Source: an uncultured virus (IMG/VR IMGVR_UViG_3300030104_003662)
Lineage: Duplodnaviria > Heunggongvirae > Uroviricota > Caudoviricetes
IMG/VR virus record: IMGVR_UViG_3300030104_003662
Span: 1-64,000 of that record
Strand: one strand, 5' to 3'
DNA: 64,000 nt
Position numbers and translations under genes: made by a program
Part shown: positions 25,204 to 34,983 of the stretch, piece by piece
Position numbering within the stretch: the stretch's first letter is position 1
How the letters are laid out: the number at the start of each line of letters is the position of its first letter
Notes under the pieces: generated by a model
Seen by the model: the letters and a program-made list of their open reading frames with translations, nothing else
The model's database searches: none
Told to the model about the DNA's origin: nothing

Positions 25204-28200
25204 GTGCGAGAAAGTCCCATTGACATTTTGAATAGGTCTCGTAAAACGCTATTAGAATCTATAGGCGACAATATAGGAAAGCACGACGCAAGTGCTGATT
25301 ATTTTTTCTCTGTACTAAGTGCTGAACGAGCCGGTTATATTATCAAATCAGAAGATGAAAGTTTGTTTAAGATGTCTTGTTTGATTATCAAAGAAGAGAT
25401 GCAAGAAGAATCACCCTACGGAACCTATCATCAAGAAGCCGGTCAAGAGTTAATGTCAGGTGGTGCTTATGATGACCAACGGGTAATCAATCCTAGACCT
25501 GACCAAAGTTTAACAGGTAGAAACTTAGAAATGGCACAAGGTGATGTAGACGATGCACATAAAAATCACAATTACTTTGACTACAGGTTTTTGCCATTAA
25601 TGCATGGCGCTCAATCAGAAGCAGGTCCTCAGATGCACCAAACTATTTCAGATTTTTATTTACATCCTTCTGATGCTTATGCAGAGTCAAGAAGTCAAAT
25701 TGATGGTAGAAAAGAGATGGCTTGGGAGGACCACCACACAGAAGGCCCTCATGATTTTTTGCGTAACCCTCATCATTATGGTAAGTTAACTGGAGAAATG
25801 ACAAATCATAGTCTTTACAAAAGTCATTATGATGATTGGATAAAGTCTAACGACGGGTTAAAAGAACAAATCAAAGAACAATTTCCAAACGCCACTGATG
25901 ATGAAATAGACTATGAATGTAAAAAAAGACACATGGAAGAAGCAAGGCAAGGTTGGTCTTCTGATGCGGTAGACGAAAATGGTATTCCACAAGGTCTAGG
26001 CTTGATGGATTATTTACTTGGACTTGAATGGTTAACTCCTTCTCAACGACACGAAGTATACGAACATATATCGCACAAAGGTACCAGTGACCCACATGAT
26101 TCGCTTAGATTAGATATAAGTCACTCTGCATTTACTGTTCCTAGATTAATTAGAAACTTTCACCAAAGATTTTCAGGCATGTATAACCATTGGATAAGAG
26201 ACCCTGATGAGCCGGGAGAACCTATACTTGCTAGGCCAAAAAATCTTAGTAAAAAGACAGTACCTAAACTTGAAGATAATTTTCATGCATTTGGTGCTGT
26301 ACCTAATGGTTACTCTAGGGCATTGAATCATATGAAAGAGCGAGCGCTAGTAGACGATTCTTTTTTACAAGAATCTATGGAAGGTTATGAAGACTTACCT
26401 GATGGCATGCCTTACATAGATAGCAAAACAGGTAAAATTAATTTTTCTAATAGCCAAGACAATGTAGGGAGAATGCGTAGGAATATGCTAATGCATTTGT
26501 TAAACTTAGATGTCAATACCGGTGAAATGTACAATGATAATGAACACCCTTATTATGACGATTGGAAAAAAAGTGAGTCTCCTTTTACAGATGAAGAAAT
26601 AAAGTCTATATTAGGTAACTCTCAAAAAAGAACTTTGCAAACTCAAGCAGGGAGAATAGCCCGTAATAATAGTATTTTTCATTATGGTACATTTTTAGAC
26701 CCTACCCATTGGCCCGAAGAATTAACCGAGGGTGAAAATAGAACTTTGGCTACTCATTGGCATGAGCCATTTTTTGGAAAAGGGGGAATGGGCAAACACC
26801 CTAATACTCTCTATAACTTATTACACGAACATAGTTTATTATACGGAGGAAAAGGCAAGTTAGAGCGTCATAGTAGTTTTGGCTCTGATGAAGGATTTAC
26901 TGACCCTTATGCGAACTTAGAAGAAGATGAAAAAGGTGGAATAAGCATAGATGACAGGGCTAATGAACTAAGTTTATTCTTTCAAAAAAACACAGGTACT
27001 GAGTTAGAAAACCAACCTGTTTCTATAGGTGGAGAGCAATTTACTGCAAAGACTCCTTTGCGAGTTTCACAAAATATAGGAATAAGGCATGGTAGTAATA
27101 GAAAAGGAGAAATCTATAACCACGGTGTACTAAATCTATTAGGACCATTTGGGCAAGCCGAGCCTGAGTTAACAGACACTAGGGTGAAGACTGGGAAAAA
27201 AGACGAAAGCGGTAGTCCTATTTATAGAGATGTAAAGCGCAGGGAGACAGGCGATATTAGAGATGCGGAATCTAACTTGCATCCCCATAATGTGTTTATG
27301 ACAGGGCAAGGGAATCGTGCTAGTTATGAAAGGCACGCTGCTTCTGCTAATGGTCCGTTTCATAATGAAGCAGCAAGAGGCCATTATGATGCGTTTATGA
27401 ATAACGATAATGAAACTATGAACGAGATGAAACTAAGAATAGCAGGTACTAGGAGTGGAACTTTACCTTGGTCTCATGCATTTGCTAGTAAAGGAGGAGC
27501 GCTGGCTTTTGAGCGACAAAGGAGAAAAAGAGCGTCTAAGTTCCATACAGTCGGTACCATGTTACATATGGGTGCTCCGCCACTTAGTCCGGGTAGAGGA
27601 GTTCATAATCTGACTTCACCTCGACCTGAAACTATTCCTACAGCCCATTCTGTAGATGTAGTAAACTCTCTTGCTAGAGATGCCACACCTTACGAAGGTG
27701 TAGATGAAATGCACCTTTCTGATTTATTCGATGAAGTTATGCATTTACAAACACAGATGCAAGAAGAACAAAGCCCTCAAAAAAGAGAACATATGCGTCA
27801 TATGTTAGAAAACTTACAACAAGAGTACAAAGACCTAGAAGCACAAAGTTATGCATTAGAAAGTCAAGAAGGCTCACTTATTGGCATGGAGGGTACTCAG
27901 CAAGATACCTTTGCAGATAAATTAAGAGGTGATGTAAAGGCAATTGGGCAAGCGGGTGGTATTTCAAGAGGAGTAGTTGAGGAGGCCATGCCCGATGCGT
28001 TTAATCCCGATGTTTTATCTTTAGAACAAATTGACGCTAATGTTAGGCAACTAGCCCGCATGGGTAATGACTTATTACAAATAGTACCACACGAAATGCA
28101 CGGTATCAGTACGATAGGTCCTAGTTCAGAACATACTCAAACCAAAGGTGTCACAAGTGGGAATATACCTTCTAAAGTAAAAGCGCACATACACAATAGT

Positions 28201-30657
28201 CCTAATACTATCAATGTGCAAGATTCGGCAGAAGAAGTTGCTGACATACTTGGCTTAGACTATGACCAACCGCATGCTAAGGAAACAGTGGATAGCCTAT
28301 TAGAAAAAATAAAAGGCAAAGTTCAAGAGAGTGGAGATGGGACTTTAGAGTTTCCAGTTATGACAGTTGCACAAATGTTAGGAACTAGTAATCACTATGG
28401 AGACTTTTCAGGTGATTTAAGAGACAAGGTTAGAGGCTTTGAAAGACTGCGTGCGAAAGACCGGAATGAAGCGCTAGTAAGAACTATACAAAGAGTTAAC
28501 CGCGACTTAAGTACTTATGACCCTCGACTCAAAGGTAAAGGTAGAACTGCAAAAGAAGGTGTAGGAGAACTCATGGCTGGACTTGGACTTGATTGGCATA
28601 CTGCTCATCATTCTGACCCAAGGTCAGAAACTGATATACGACCTCCTAACATTACTAATAACAAAACTGCAAAGTTACAATCTAAAATCTATAGAACATT
28701 GCAAAACTTAGATTCTGTTTTAATCAGTGACCCGCGAGTAGAGCCAAAAGAGATAACTTCGGTTGATGCTACCCGCATGGGTCTTGGGCCAGTTCCTGTT
28801 GATAGATTCGGACCTAATTCTTATTCAGTACAAAGTATCTATAATTCGACTGGTTTCAAACACGAGTTAGGAGACCAAGCAGATTTGTACCCTACATTTG
28901 ATTATAGAATACACAAGGATGGTAAAGTTGAGGTATTTCCTAATGATGCTCCATTTAACCTTGTACAACCTACTGAGGACTTTTATGATTTAGCAGTACC
29001 TCATTTGAAACCTATATTGCATACAGAGGAGACAAAAAAACTTCACGGATTACACAGAATGGCACCTAACTTTTGGTTAAACAGTCTTGGTTATCGAAGG
29101 TTACAAAACCCAGTAGACATTGCTAAGTCCAATATGGACCTTGCTGCATTGACTAACCCTGATGTAATTCGCAAGGAACTTGGTAAAGATATACCTTTGT
29201 TACAACCAATGCATCGCATTTTTGAAATCGAAGACCTTGAACACCTTCGTGGATTTACAGGAGACTGGATTGTTTCTGCAATGCCAAAGGGTGAAAGGGG
29301 CTTTGTTAAAAAAGAAGATGATGACATTACATCTCCTTCGTTCACGCTATCAGATGAAGATAAAACTAACTTTGGAAAAGTCACCGATAAAGATTTCCAA
29401 GTAGATGTAGTAAAGACAGAAGAAGGTTACTATATCTTTGATGTAATAGAATACGATGGTAAAGAAGTTCATGATACTTTACTTGACGACCGTATTAAGA
29501 TACTAAGAGGCGGAATGGAGGGTATTGAAAATATACATGTCCCTTCTGCAAGTGATACTCGTTTAACAGACGACGCTGGTTTAGAACTTACTGTTGAAAA
29601 CTTACAAGAAGATAACGAGCAATTATTGATGCGTGATGCTAAGTCTACCTACATGGTAGGTGAAATGCGACATCCTAAGTGGGTTTTGTTATCTCCGGGC
29701 AACGATGTCGTACTTGTAGTACTTGAGCGTAGAGGAAATGGACCTTACACATATAGACTAGGTACAGGTCCAATTACTCAAGAAGAAGAATTAGGCTCTC
29801 GTGGGGTTGAGTTGAACGGAGATACATACATGGATATGGGAGCGGCCTTTGACAGTTCTGAAAAGTACAAAGAAGGTGACCATGTAAGAGTCAATGTCAG
29901 TAATGTAGGTGTTACAGAAACTACTAGCGGTCAGAAGTTATACAATGTAAGCGGCTCTGAAATACAAGAAGAAGCAGAAGGAGAAGGATTAGTAAGCCAA
30001 GAGACGCTTGGAATACTCGCTAAGTCTGAAACAGAACAATGGTTATGTGAAGTTTCAAGGTCTCCTTCGGGTGTTAGAATAACTATGCCACAAGGTGATG
30101 TCATTTACAAGACTACTCAAACAGGTTCGATTTGGACTGTGCATAGCCCTTTGGCACCTAATCATTATCTCATTCGTTTGTCTGAAAGTCAAAGGCAATA
30201 CTGGTCACCTGTGGCTGGAGCAATGCTCAAGGCTAACTTGGAAATTGCAGAAAAAGAAGAAGTTCATGAAACAGAAGGAGACTCAAAGCCACTCATTCCG
30301 CCTAAAAAGGTTGAAGGTACTGATTTTTGGAATAAACAAAAGAAGCAGAAGATTCTAGTTAAAGGTGCAATGTTACTTGAAAGGATGATGAAAAGTGGAG
30401 CAGGTTTAGTCGGGCAATCTAGTACAGGTACTATGGGCCTAGGAATAGATTATGCTACTCCTATAGAATCACCTACTGGTCCGACAAATCTAAACGACTC
30501 TAAGACAATGCCGGACTATGATAACAAAAAGAGGCCGGGAGAAGATTATTCTATAGAACCGAAAACAGAGGACTCCGAAGATACAAAGCACTTGGTAGTA
30601 CCAGTAGAAGGTGGTACTTTAGAAGTAACAAGAGACACTGCTTCATTCCGTACTTGA
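25204..30657 (+). CDS. 1817-aa putative internal head protein with degenerate ATP-dependent DNA ligase (NTase+OB) domain
   Basis: WIVSAMPKGERG (motif I position), YYIFDVIEYDG..LDDRIKIL (IIIa), EQLLMRDAKSTYMVGEMRHPKWVLL (IV/V), then OB-like strands; located between portal and protease. Confidence 0.7.
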   Translation: MRESPIDILNRSRKTLLESIGDNIGKHDASADYFFSVLSAERAGYIIKSEDESLFKMSCLIIKEEMQEESPYGTYHQEAGQELMSGGAYDDQRVINPRPDQSLTGRNLEMAQGDVDDAHKNHNYFDYRFLPLMHGAQSEAGPQMHQTISDFYLHPSDAYAESRSQIDGRKEMAWEDHHTEGPHDFLRNPHHYGKLTGEMTNHSLYKSHYDDWIKSNDGLKEQIKEQFPNATDDEIDYECKKRHMEEARQGWSSDAVDENGIPQGLGLMDYLLGLEWLTPSQRHEVYEHISHKGTSDPHDSLRLDISHSAFTVPRLIRNFHQRFSGMYNHWIRDPDEPGEPILARPKNLSKKTVPKLEDNFHAFGAVPNGYSRALNHMKERALVDDSFLQESMEGYEDLPDGMPYIDSKTGKINFSNSQDNVGRMRRNMLMHLLNLDVNTGEMYNDNEHPYYDDWKKSESPFTDEEIKSILGNSQKRTLQTQAGRIARNNSIFHYGTFLDPTHWPEELTEGENRTLATHWHEPFFGKGGMGKHPNTLYNLLHEHSLLYGGKGKLERHSSFGSDEGFTDPYANLEEDEKGGISIDDRANELSLFFQKNTGTELENQPVSIGGEQFTAKTPLRVSQNIGIRHGSNRKGEIYNHGVLNLLGPFGQAEPELTDTRVKTGKKDESGSPIYRDVKRRETGDIRDAESNLHPHNVFMTGQGNRASYERHAASANGPFHNEAARGHYDAFMNNDNETMNEMKLRIAGTRSGTLPWSHAFASKGGALAFERQRRKRASKFHTVGTMLHMGAPPLSPGRGVHNLTSPRPETIPTAHSVDVVNSLARDATPYEGVDEMHLSDLFDEVMHLQTQMQEEQSPQKREHMRHMLENLQQEYKDLEAQSYALESQEGSLIGMEGTQQDTFADKLRGDVKAIGQAGGISRGVVEEAMPDAFNPDVLSLEQIDANVRQLARMGNDLLQIVPHEMHGISTIGPSSEHTQTKGVTSGNIPSKVKAHIHNSPNTINVQDSAEEVADILGLDYDQPHAKETVDSLLEKIKGKVQESGDGTLEFPVMTVAQMLGTSNHYGDFSGDLRDKVRGFERLRAKDRNEALVRTIQRVNRDLSTYDPRLKGKGRTAKEGVGELMAGLGLDWHTAHHSDPRSETDIRPPNITNNKTAKLQSKIYRTLQNLDSVLISDPRVEPKEITSVDATRMGLGPVPVDRFGPNSYSVQSIYNSTGFKHELGDQADLYPTFDYRIHKDGKVEVFPNDAPFNLVQPTEDFYDLAVPHLKPILHTEETKKLHGLHRMAPNFWLNSLGYRRLQNPVDIAKSNMDLAALTNPDVIRKELGKDIPLLQPMHRIFEIEDLEHLRGFTGDWIVSAMPKGERGFVKKEDDDITSPSFTLSDEDKTNFGKVTDKDFQVDVVKTEEGYYIFDVIEYDGKEVHDTLLDDRIKILRGGMEGIENIHVPSASDTRLTDDAGLELTVENLQEDNEQLLMRDAKSTYMVGEMRHPKWVLLSPGNDVVLVVLERRGNGPYTYRLGTGPITQEEELGSRGVELNGDTYMDMGAAFDSSEKYKEGDHVRVNVSNVGVTETTSGQKLYNVSGSEIQEEAEGEGLVSQETLGILAKSETEQWLCEVSRSPSGVRITMPQGDVIYKTTQTGSIWTVHSPLAPNHYLIRLSESQRQYWSPVAGAMLKANLEIAEKEEVHETEGDSKPLIPPKKVEGTDFWNKQKKQKILVKGAMLLERMMKSGAGLVGQSSTGTMGLGIDYATPIESPTGPTNLNDSKTMPDYDNKKRPGEDYSIEPKTEDSEDTKHLVVPVEGGTLEVTRDTASFRT

Positions 30658-30687
30658 TTATATAGTATGGTCATTCTCTATAGAAGC

Positions 30688-32064
30688 ATGGTCGCCTCAC
30701 TTTCACTGAGAACCTCTCCCGTTCATCACGAGGGGAATATCAGTATCATTAAGGCAGGTAACGACCTTGTAATCGCTGGTTATGCCAGTGTCGAAATGGT
30801 TGACAAGCAAGGAGACCTAATTACTCGTGGAGCACTAAAAGACGCTTTTGGTAACTTTATGAAAGCAGAAGATTTTAGAAATGTACAACTCGCACACTCT
30901 AACATACAAGTTGGTAGTGTAATACCACAATACACTGACTCTGACGGTCGTGTGTGGAAATCCGGTGTCGATGACGCCGGTATGTTCGTAGTCATCCAAC
31001 TAAGAGATGACATCGAAAAGGCTCGTGAAGTAGCCAATGATATTCGCAAAGGTAACCTAACTGGTTTCAGCATCGGAGGTCAAGCGTTTAAGAGAATGCG
31101 TAAGGCCGATGATAAACACGGAGACTATACAGAAATCTCCAAGTTGGAACTGCATGAAGTTACTATTTGTGAAAAAGGTATTAACCCGGAGGCGACATTC
31201 CGTATATTGAAGGAGGACACAGATATGACAAGTGAAACAGAAACATTAGCAGAACTTTCTAGTGTCTTAGACCGAATGAGCAAACATATGGATTCAATGG
31301 AGAAGGGCGACCTTCCTCCTTTTATGGAATCCAAAGATGATGCTAAAGACGAGTCTAAGGATGAGAAAGATGACGCACCTAAAGATGAGGCGAAAGATAT
31401 GAAAGACGAAGAGAAAAAGGCATACGATGATATGGAAAAGAGCGAATACTCTGATGTAATATCAAGTGAATACCTAAACTGGATGGAAAACACCTTGAAA
31501 TCACAAGGCGTTGACACCAGTGCGGCAAGAAGTCACTTTGACGATGTCGCTAAGGCTAACCTTGGTAGTACACCTGAGCAGATTGGAGATGGAGCAGACT
31601 ACTTTGCAGGTCAAGTTAAAGGCCGTGCACAAGAAGGTGGCAACCCATCTACTGGCGCTATAGGAAAAGTAAACAGTGGTAAAGTAGAGAAAGGTTACTT
31701 GCACCCAAGTAATGTTAGTTCAACTGACATCGAGGCTGCATACGAAGTCTACAAGGCCGCTGCTCTTGAAGAACAATTCAAGGGTTCCTTGAACAATGTA
31801 TTTTCAGACCGCCTTGCAAAGGAAATGAATGCAGATGCAGAGGCTCGCGCAGCAGCACAATTTGACGCTCGTGCACCACTAAGTAACATCGAGAAAGCAA
31901 TTGCTGACCTTGGTGCTAGAATTGACGACCTTGCTACAAAACCAGCAGGTATAGAAATCCGTAAAGCAACAGACAACTCCACCGTAGAGATTCCTTCAAC
32001 AGAGGAACTCGGTAACATGAACTGGGATGAGGTACACGCTCTAGCAGGGAGTGTATGGAATTAA
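30688..32064 (+). CDS. Prohead (maturation) protease fused to scaffold
   Basis: IAGYASVEMVDKQGDLI, QLAHSN (His), GFSIGG (Ser), LHEVTICEKGINPEA: HK97-type protease with an acidic coiled-coil C-terminus. TTATATA box ends 24 nt before ATG 30688. Confidence 0.92.
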   Translation: MVASLSLRTSPVHHEGNISIIKAGNDLVIAGYASVEMVDKQGDLITRGALKDAFGNFMKAEDFRNVQLAHSNIQVGSVIPQYTDSDGRVWKSGVDDAGMFVVIQLRDDIEKAREVANDIRKGNLTGFSIGGQAFKRMRKADDKHGDYTEISKLELHEVTICEKGINPEATFRILKEDTDMTSETETLAELSSVLDRMSKHMDSMEKGDLPPFMESKDDAKDESKDEKDDAPKDEAKDMKDEEKKAYDDMEKSEYSDVISSEYLNWMENTLKSQGVDTSAARSHFDDVAKANLGSTPEQIGDGADYFAGQVKGRAQEGGNPSTGAIGKVNSGKVEKGYLHPSNVSSTDIEAAYEVYKAAALEEQFKGSLNNVFSDRLAKEMNADAEARAAAQFDARAPLSNIEKAIADLGARIDDLATKPAGIEIRKATDNSTVEIPSTEELGNMNWDEVHALAGSVWN

Positions 32065-32079
32065 TTGGGGGAATGAAAT

Positions 32080-33252
32080 ATGGCAAGAAATTATATGAGA
32101 ACAGTAAACGATATGGAGCGCTATTATTATGGCGCGGGACAGAGCATGGGATATTCCTACAGTGGTTCAGAACTACTAAAGGCAGATGCACCAATGCTGA
32201 GCACAACCGCAGGTACATACCAAGCAATTTATGGCCGCAAAGTTTGGAGTCAATTGAACCAAGAGTTCAACGCATTCTCCATTCTGCCTAAGAAGCCTTG
32301 GGACAGAAGTGGTTGGAGAGTAGTTACCGCTAAGCCGTCAACATCTGTTGGTGGCGGAGTTGCAGAAAATGCAACCCTACCGGACACAACCAAGCCTACA
32401 TTCCAGCATGTTGCAGCAAAGCCTAAGACTATTGCACACACATTCGATATGTCCGAAACCGCTATTTTCCTTAATGACAAGGATGACGGTCTAGGTGACA
32501 TTCGCTCAGTCCTTAAAGAGGAAATGGGTAAGCACCACGCAGAGCACATCAACCAAATGCTAACACAAGACAGCGAAACACCAGCAGGTAATGACATCGA
32601 GTCTATTGACAGAGTTACTGGAAACGACGGTGGCTCATCCGGTGGATTAACATCTATGGAAACTGGTGCATCAGCAGGTACAGACCACTGTGGCGCTAGT
32701 GATTTAGACATCTACAGCATTGACCGAAGTGCAAACTCTTGGTCTAACGCAGAAGTTGACTGTGGTAGTGACAGAGCAGCAGGTAACCGCCGTACTCTAA
32801 GTCTTGACCACTTGGATACCATCTTCCAAAAGGTTTGGATTCGTGGTGGTAACCCGAAGGTTATGCTAACAGGATATGACACTCTAATGCGTATTCAGCA
32901 ACTTCTACAATCTCAACAGAGATTCATGGAGGAAAAGCGTGTTGTACCAACTTACAACGGTGTAAAAGGTGTACCGGGTGTTGAGGCTGGATTTATAGTC
33001 GCAACTTACAACGGTGTCCCAATCATTCCATCTAAGGATGTACAAGCAGACGGCATTAGCAGAATCTACATGCTTGACACTGACTACCTATACTACAGTA
33101 CTGCGAAACCAACTCAATACTTTGAGTCCGGTATCGAAACTGGAGACCCATTCGCTGTTAACAGACTAGGGCAAGAAGGACTTTACCGCACAATGGGTGA
33201 AGTTTGGACTACTTTCTTTGGAGGTCAAGGTTCAATTCGTGACCTACAGTGA
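32080..33252 (+). CDS. Major capsid protein (HK97 fold)
   Basis: Directly follows the protease; 390 aa; AFSILPKKPW, GGVAENATLP, ATYNGVPIIPS..IYMLD patterns typical of HK97-like MCPs. Confidence 0.9.
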   Translation: MARNYMRTVNDMERYYYGAGQSMGYSYSGSELLKADAPMLSTTAGTYQAIYGRKVWSQLNQEFNAFSILPKKPWDRSGWRVVTAKPSTSVGGGVAENATLPDTTKPTFQHVAAKPKTIAHTFDMSETAIFLNDKDDGLGDIRSVLKEEMGKHHAEHINQMLTQDSETPAGNDIESIDRVTGNDGGSSGGLTSMETGASAGTDHCGASDLDIYSIDRSANSWSNAEVDCGSDRAAGNRRTLSLDHLDTIFQKVWIRGGNPKVMLTGYDTLMRIQQLLQSQQRFMEEKRVVPTYNGVKGVPGVEAGFIVATYNGVPIIPSKDVQADGISRIYMLDTDYLYYSTAKPTQYFESGIETGDPFAVNRLGQEGLYRTMGEVWTTFFGGQGSIRDLQ

Positions 33253-33287
33253 GGATTAATGGTGGAAAATAAAGGAGATGAATAAAT

Positions 33288-33737
33288 ATGGCACATAGTA
33301 ATTTAACAGTAACGACAACATACCTAGACATACCGATGGGTGGAAACACCCCCGGAGCACAGCAAAATGTTCCTGATGCAGACGGAACAGTAGGGGCTAA
33401 CACAGCATGGTTATCCGGTACAGCAGCAGCAGGGACATACCCCGGCGCATTAACTGGATTCCAAGCGGCTAACACAAGTAGTAACAAACCAGTGACTGGA
33501 CTAAGAATGATTTCAGTTATGGTAACAGGTGATACAGGAACAACACAGGTATTTGATGTCAATGCATATGATAGCGGATTAAGTAAGATTTATGCGCTTA
33601 TCAACTTGACAAACAACACTGACACTGACGAGTCTTTAGCAGCAGCAGCAACAACTGTCGCTCACGAAACCGGACTTCTAACCTTCACTGTTGGCGGAGC
33701 AACTGACACAACTTTGATTACATTAATCGCAGGTTGA
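33288..33737 (+). CDS. Virion structural protein (possible capsid decoration)
   Basis: Thr/Ala/Gly-rich beta protein right after MCP; strong AAGGAG RBS. Confidence 0.55.
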   Translation: MAHSNLTVTTTYLDIPMGGNTPGAQQNVPDADGTVGANTAWLSGTAAAGTYPGALTGFQAANTSSNKPVTGLRMISVMVTGDTGTTQVFDVNAYDSGLSKIYALINLTNNTDTDESLAAAATTVAHETGLLTFTVGGATDTTLITLIAG

Positions 33738-33748
33738 GGTGATTCGAC

Positions 33749-34147
33749 TTGCCTACAGTAACCTTTCTAGGACCAATGATGTATCGTCGTAAGAGCGATG
33801 TATCAGGTCAATGGGTAAGGGGAGAGCCTGTTGAAGTTAGTCAGGAATGGCTAAATAAACACAGAGTCAGAATGTCACCTGAAACCTTCAAGATAGAAGG
33901 AGACGAAGGTGTAACAGTAGACGCTGGTAACGACGGACTCCCTGATAGTGGCTGGACTAAAAAAGACATAGGCGCATGGCTTAAAGGAAAAGGTGAAGTT
34001 GTAAGTGGATATACTACCAAGAGCAAGTTGCTCGACATGGTAAAGACCACTCTCAACCCACCTGCTCCTGAGCCGGAACCAGTAGTCGAAGAAGTCCCAG
34101 TCGAAGAGGCAGTTGAAGAACAAGATATAATAGGAGATGAAGAATAA
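33749..34147 (+). CDS. Protein with small helix-extension-helix (Rho-N/HeH-like) domain
   Basis: WTKKDIGAWLKGKG..TTKSKLLDMV; acidic tail; GAGGTGA RBS. Confidence 0.6.
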   Translation: MPTVTFLGPMMYRRKSDVSGQWVRGEPVEVSQEWLNKHRVRMSPETFKIEGDEGVTVDAGNDGLPDSGWTKKDIGAWLKGKGEVVSGYTTKSKLLDMVKTTLNPPAPEPEPVVEEVPVEEAVEEQDIIGDEE

Positions 34148-34470
34148 TGGCAGTAACAATAGACGCAAGACCAAGTTATTTTGGTGACAGAATGATAGTA
34201 ACAGGCTCATATGAAGCAACGGACACATCAATAGATTTGGGTAGTTTGCTTGCAAGTATTGACGCAGTAATAGTTAATCCGATAGCAGCAGGTAACCTTG
34301 CAAAAGTTCAGCATATAGACATCGCTGGTGGCACATCATATGCAGCAGTAGATTTGACTTTGCCCGGAGATATGGCTACTTTCGCTGGCACTACAATTAC
34401 TATAAGTGTCGGTGCAGTAGGGCACAATACCACTGGTGGAACATTCTTAGCAATAGGTCGCCGCTCTTGA
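34147..34470 (+). CDS. Small virion structural protein
   Basis: Beta-rich, located in the head-neck region. Confidence 0.6.
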   Translation: MAVTIDARPSYFGDRMIVTGSYEATDTSIDLGSLLASIDAVIVNPIAAGNLAKVQHIDIAGGTSYAAVDLTLPGDMATFAGTTITISVGAVGHNTTGGTFLAIGRRS

Positions 34471-34481
34471 GGTGACGACTG

Positions 34482-34688
34482 ATGGGTAGTGCAAACTTAG
34501 CAGCATTAAAGTCTAAAGTGGTAGGACCTCTATCACCGGCTGACTTTTCAGGCGCTACAGCAATCCAAACTGCACTTGATGCAGGTTTTGACGCAGTGAC
34601 AGATGCTGATACAGCAGATACGATAGTTGGTATTGAAATGCTCAATGTCTTGGGAAATGCTTATTTGGTAATCATTTACAAGGCTTGA
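34482..34688 (+). CDS. Small hypothetical structural protein
   Basis: GAGGTGA RBS; 68 aa. Confidence 0.6.
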   Translation: MGSANLAALKSKVVGPLSPADFSGATAIQTALDAGFDAVTDADTADTIVGIEMLNVLGNAYLVIIYKA

Positions 34689-34698
34689 GTGGGATAAT

Positions 34699-34983
34699 AT
34701 GGAGTCTAACGACAACCTTGACTTGAATGACATTGAGCGCTTGCAGAAGCGTGGTATTAGGCTTAACGAGTCTTATGGAGCATCGGTAAGAACTGATGAA
34801 GATAATCCACTTGCAGGTTTGACATTAAAGCAACGCAACCGTAATAAGAACGCTGGTGATGTGTTAAACATTGGTAGTGGGACTAGATGCAAGCACTGTG
34901 GTATGCTTTATTTCTGCTGGGTAGATACCTGTAGAACATGTGGTAAGCAAGTAGATTTTAATTTAGGGAGTAGAGAACAATGA
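34699..34983 (+). CDS. Zn-ribbon protein
   Basis: CKHCG..CRTCG near the C-terminus. Confidence 0.7.
   Translation: MESNDNLDLNDIERLQKRGIRLNESYGASVRTDEDNPLAGLTLKQRNRNKNAGDVLNIGSGTRCKHCGMLYFCWVDTCRTCGKQVDFNLGSREQ

Noticed and set aside
25204..30657. Functional ATP-dependent DNA ligase
   Set aside because: The catalytic Lys of motif I and the motif IV/V residues appear substituted; reported as a degenerate domain instead.
32250..32711. 153-aa minus-strand ORF within MCP, and similar antisense ORFs at 43096-43653 and throughout 45352-62535
   Set aside because: Antisense open frames expected from codon bias of the sense genes; no RBS or promoter support.
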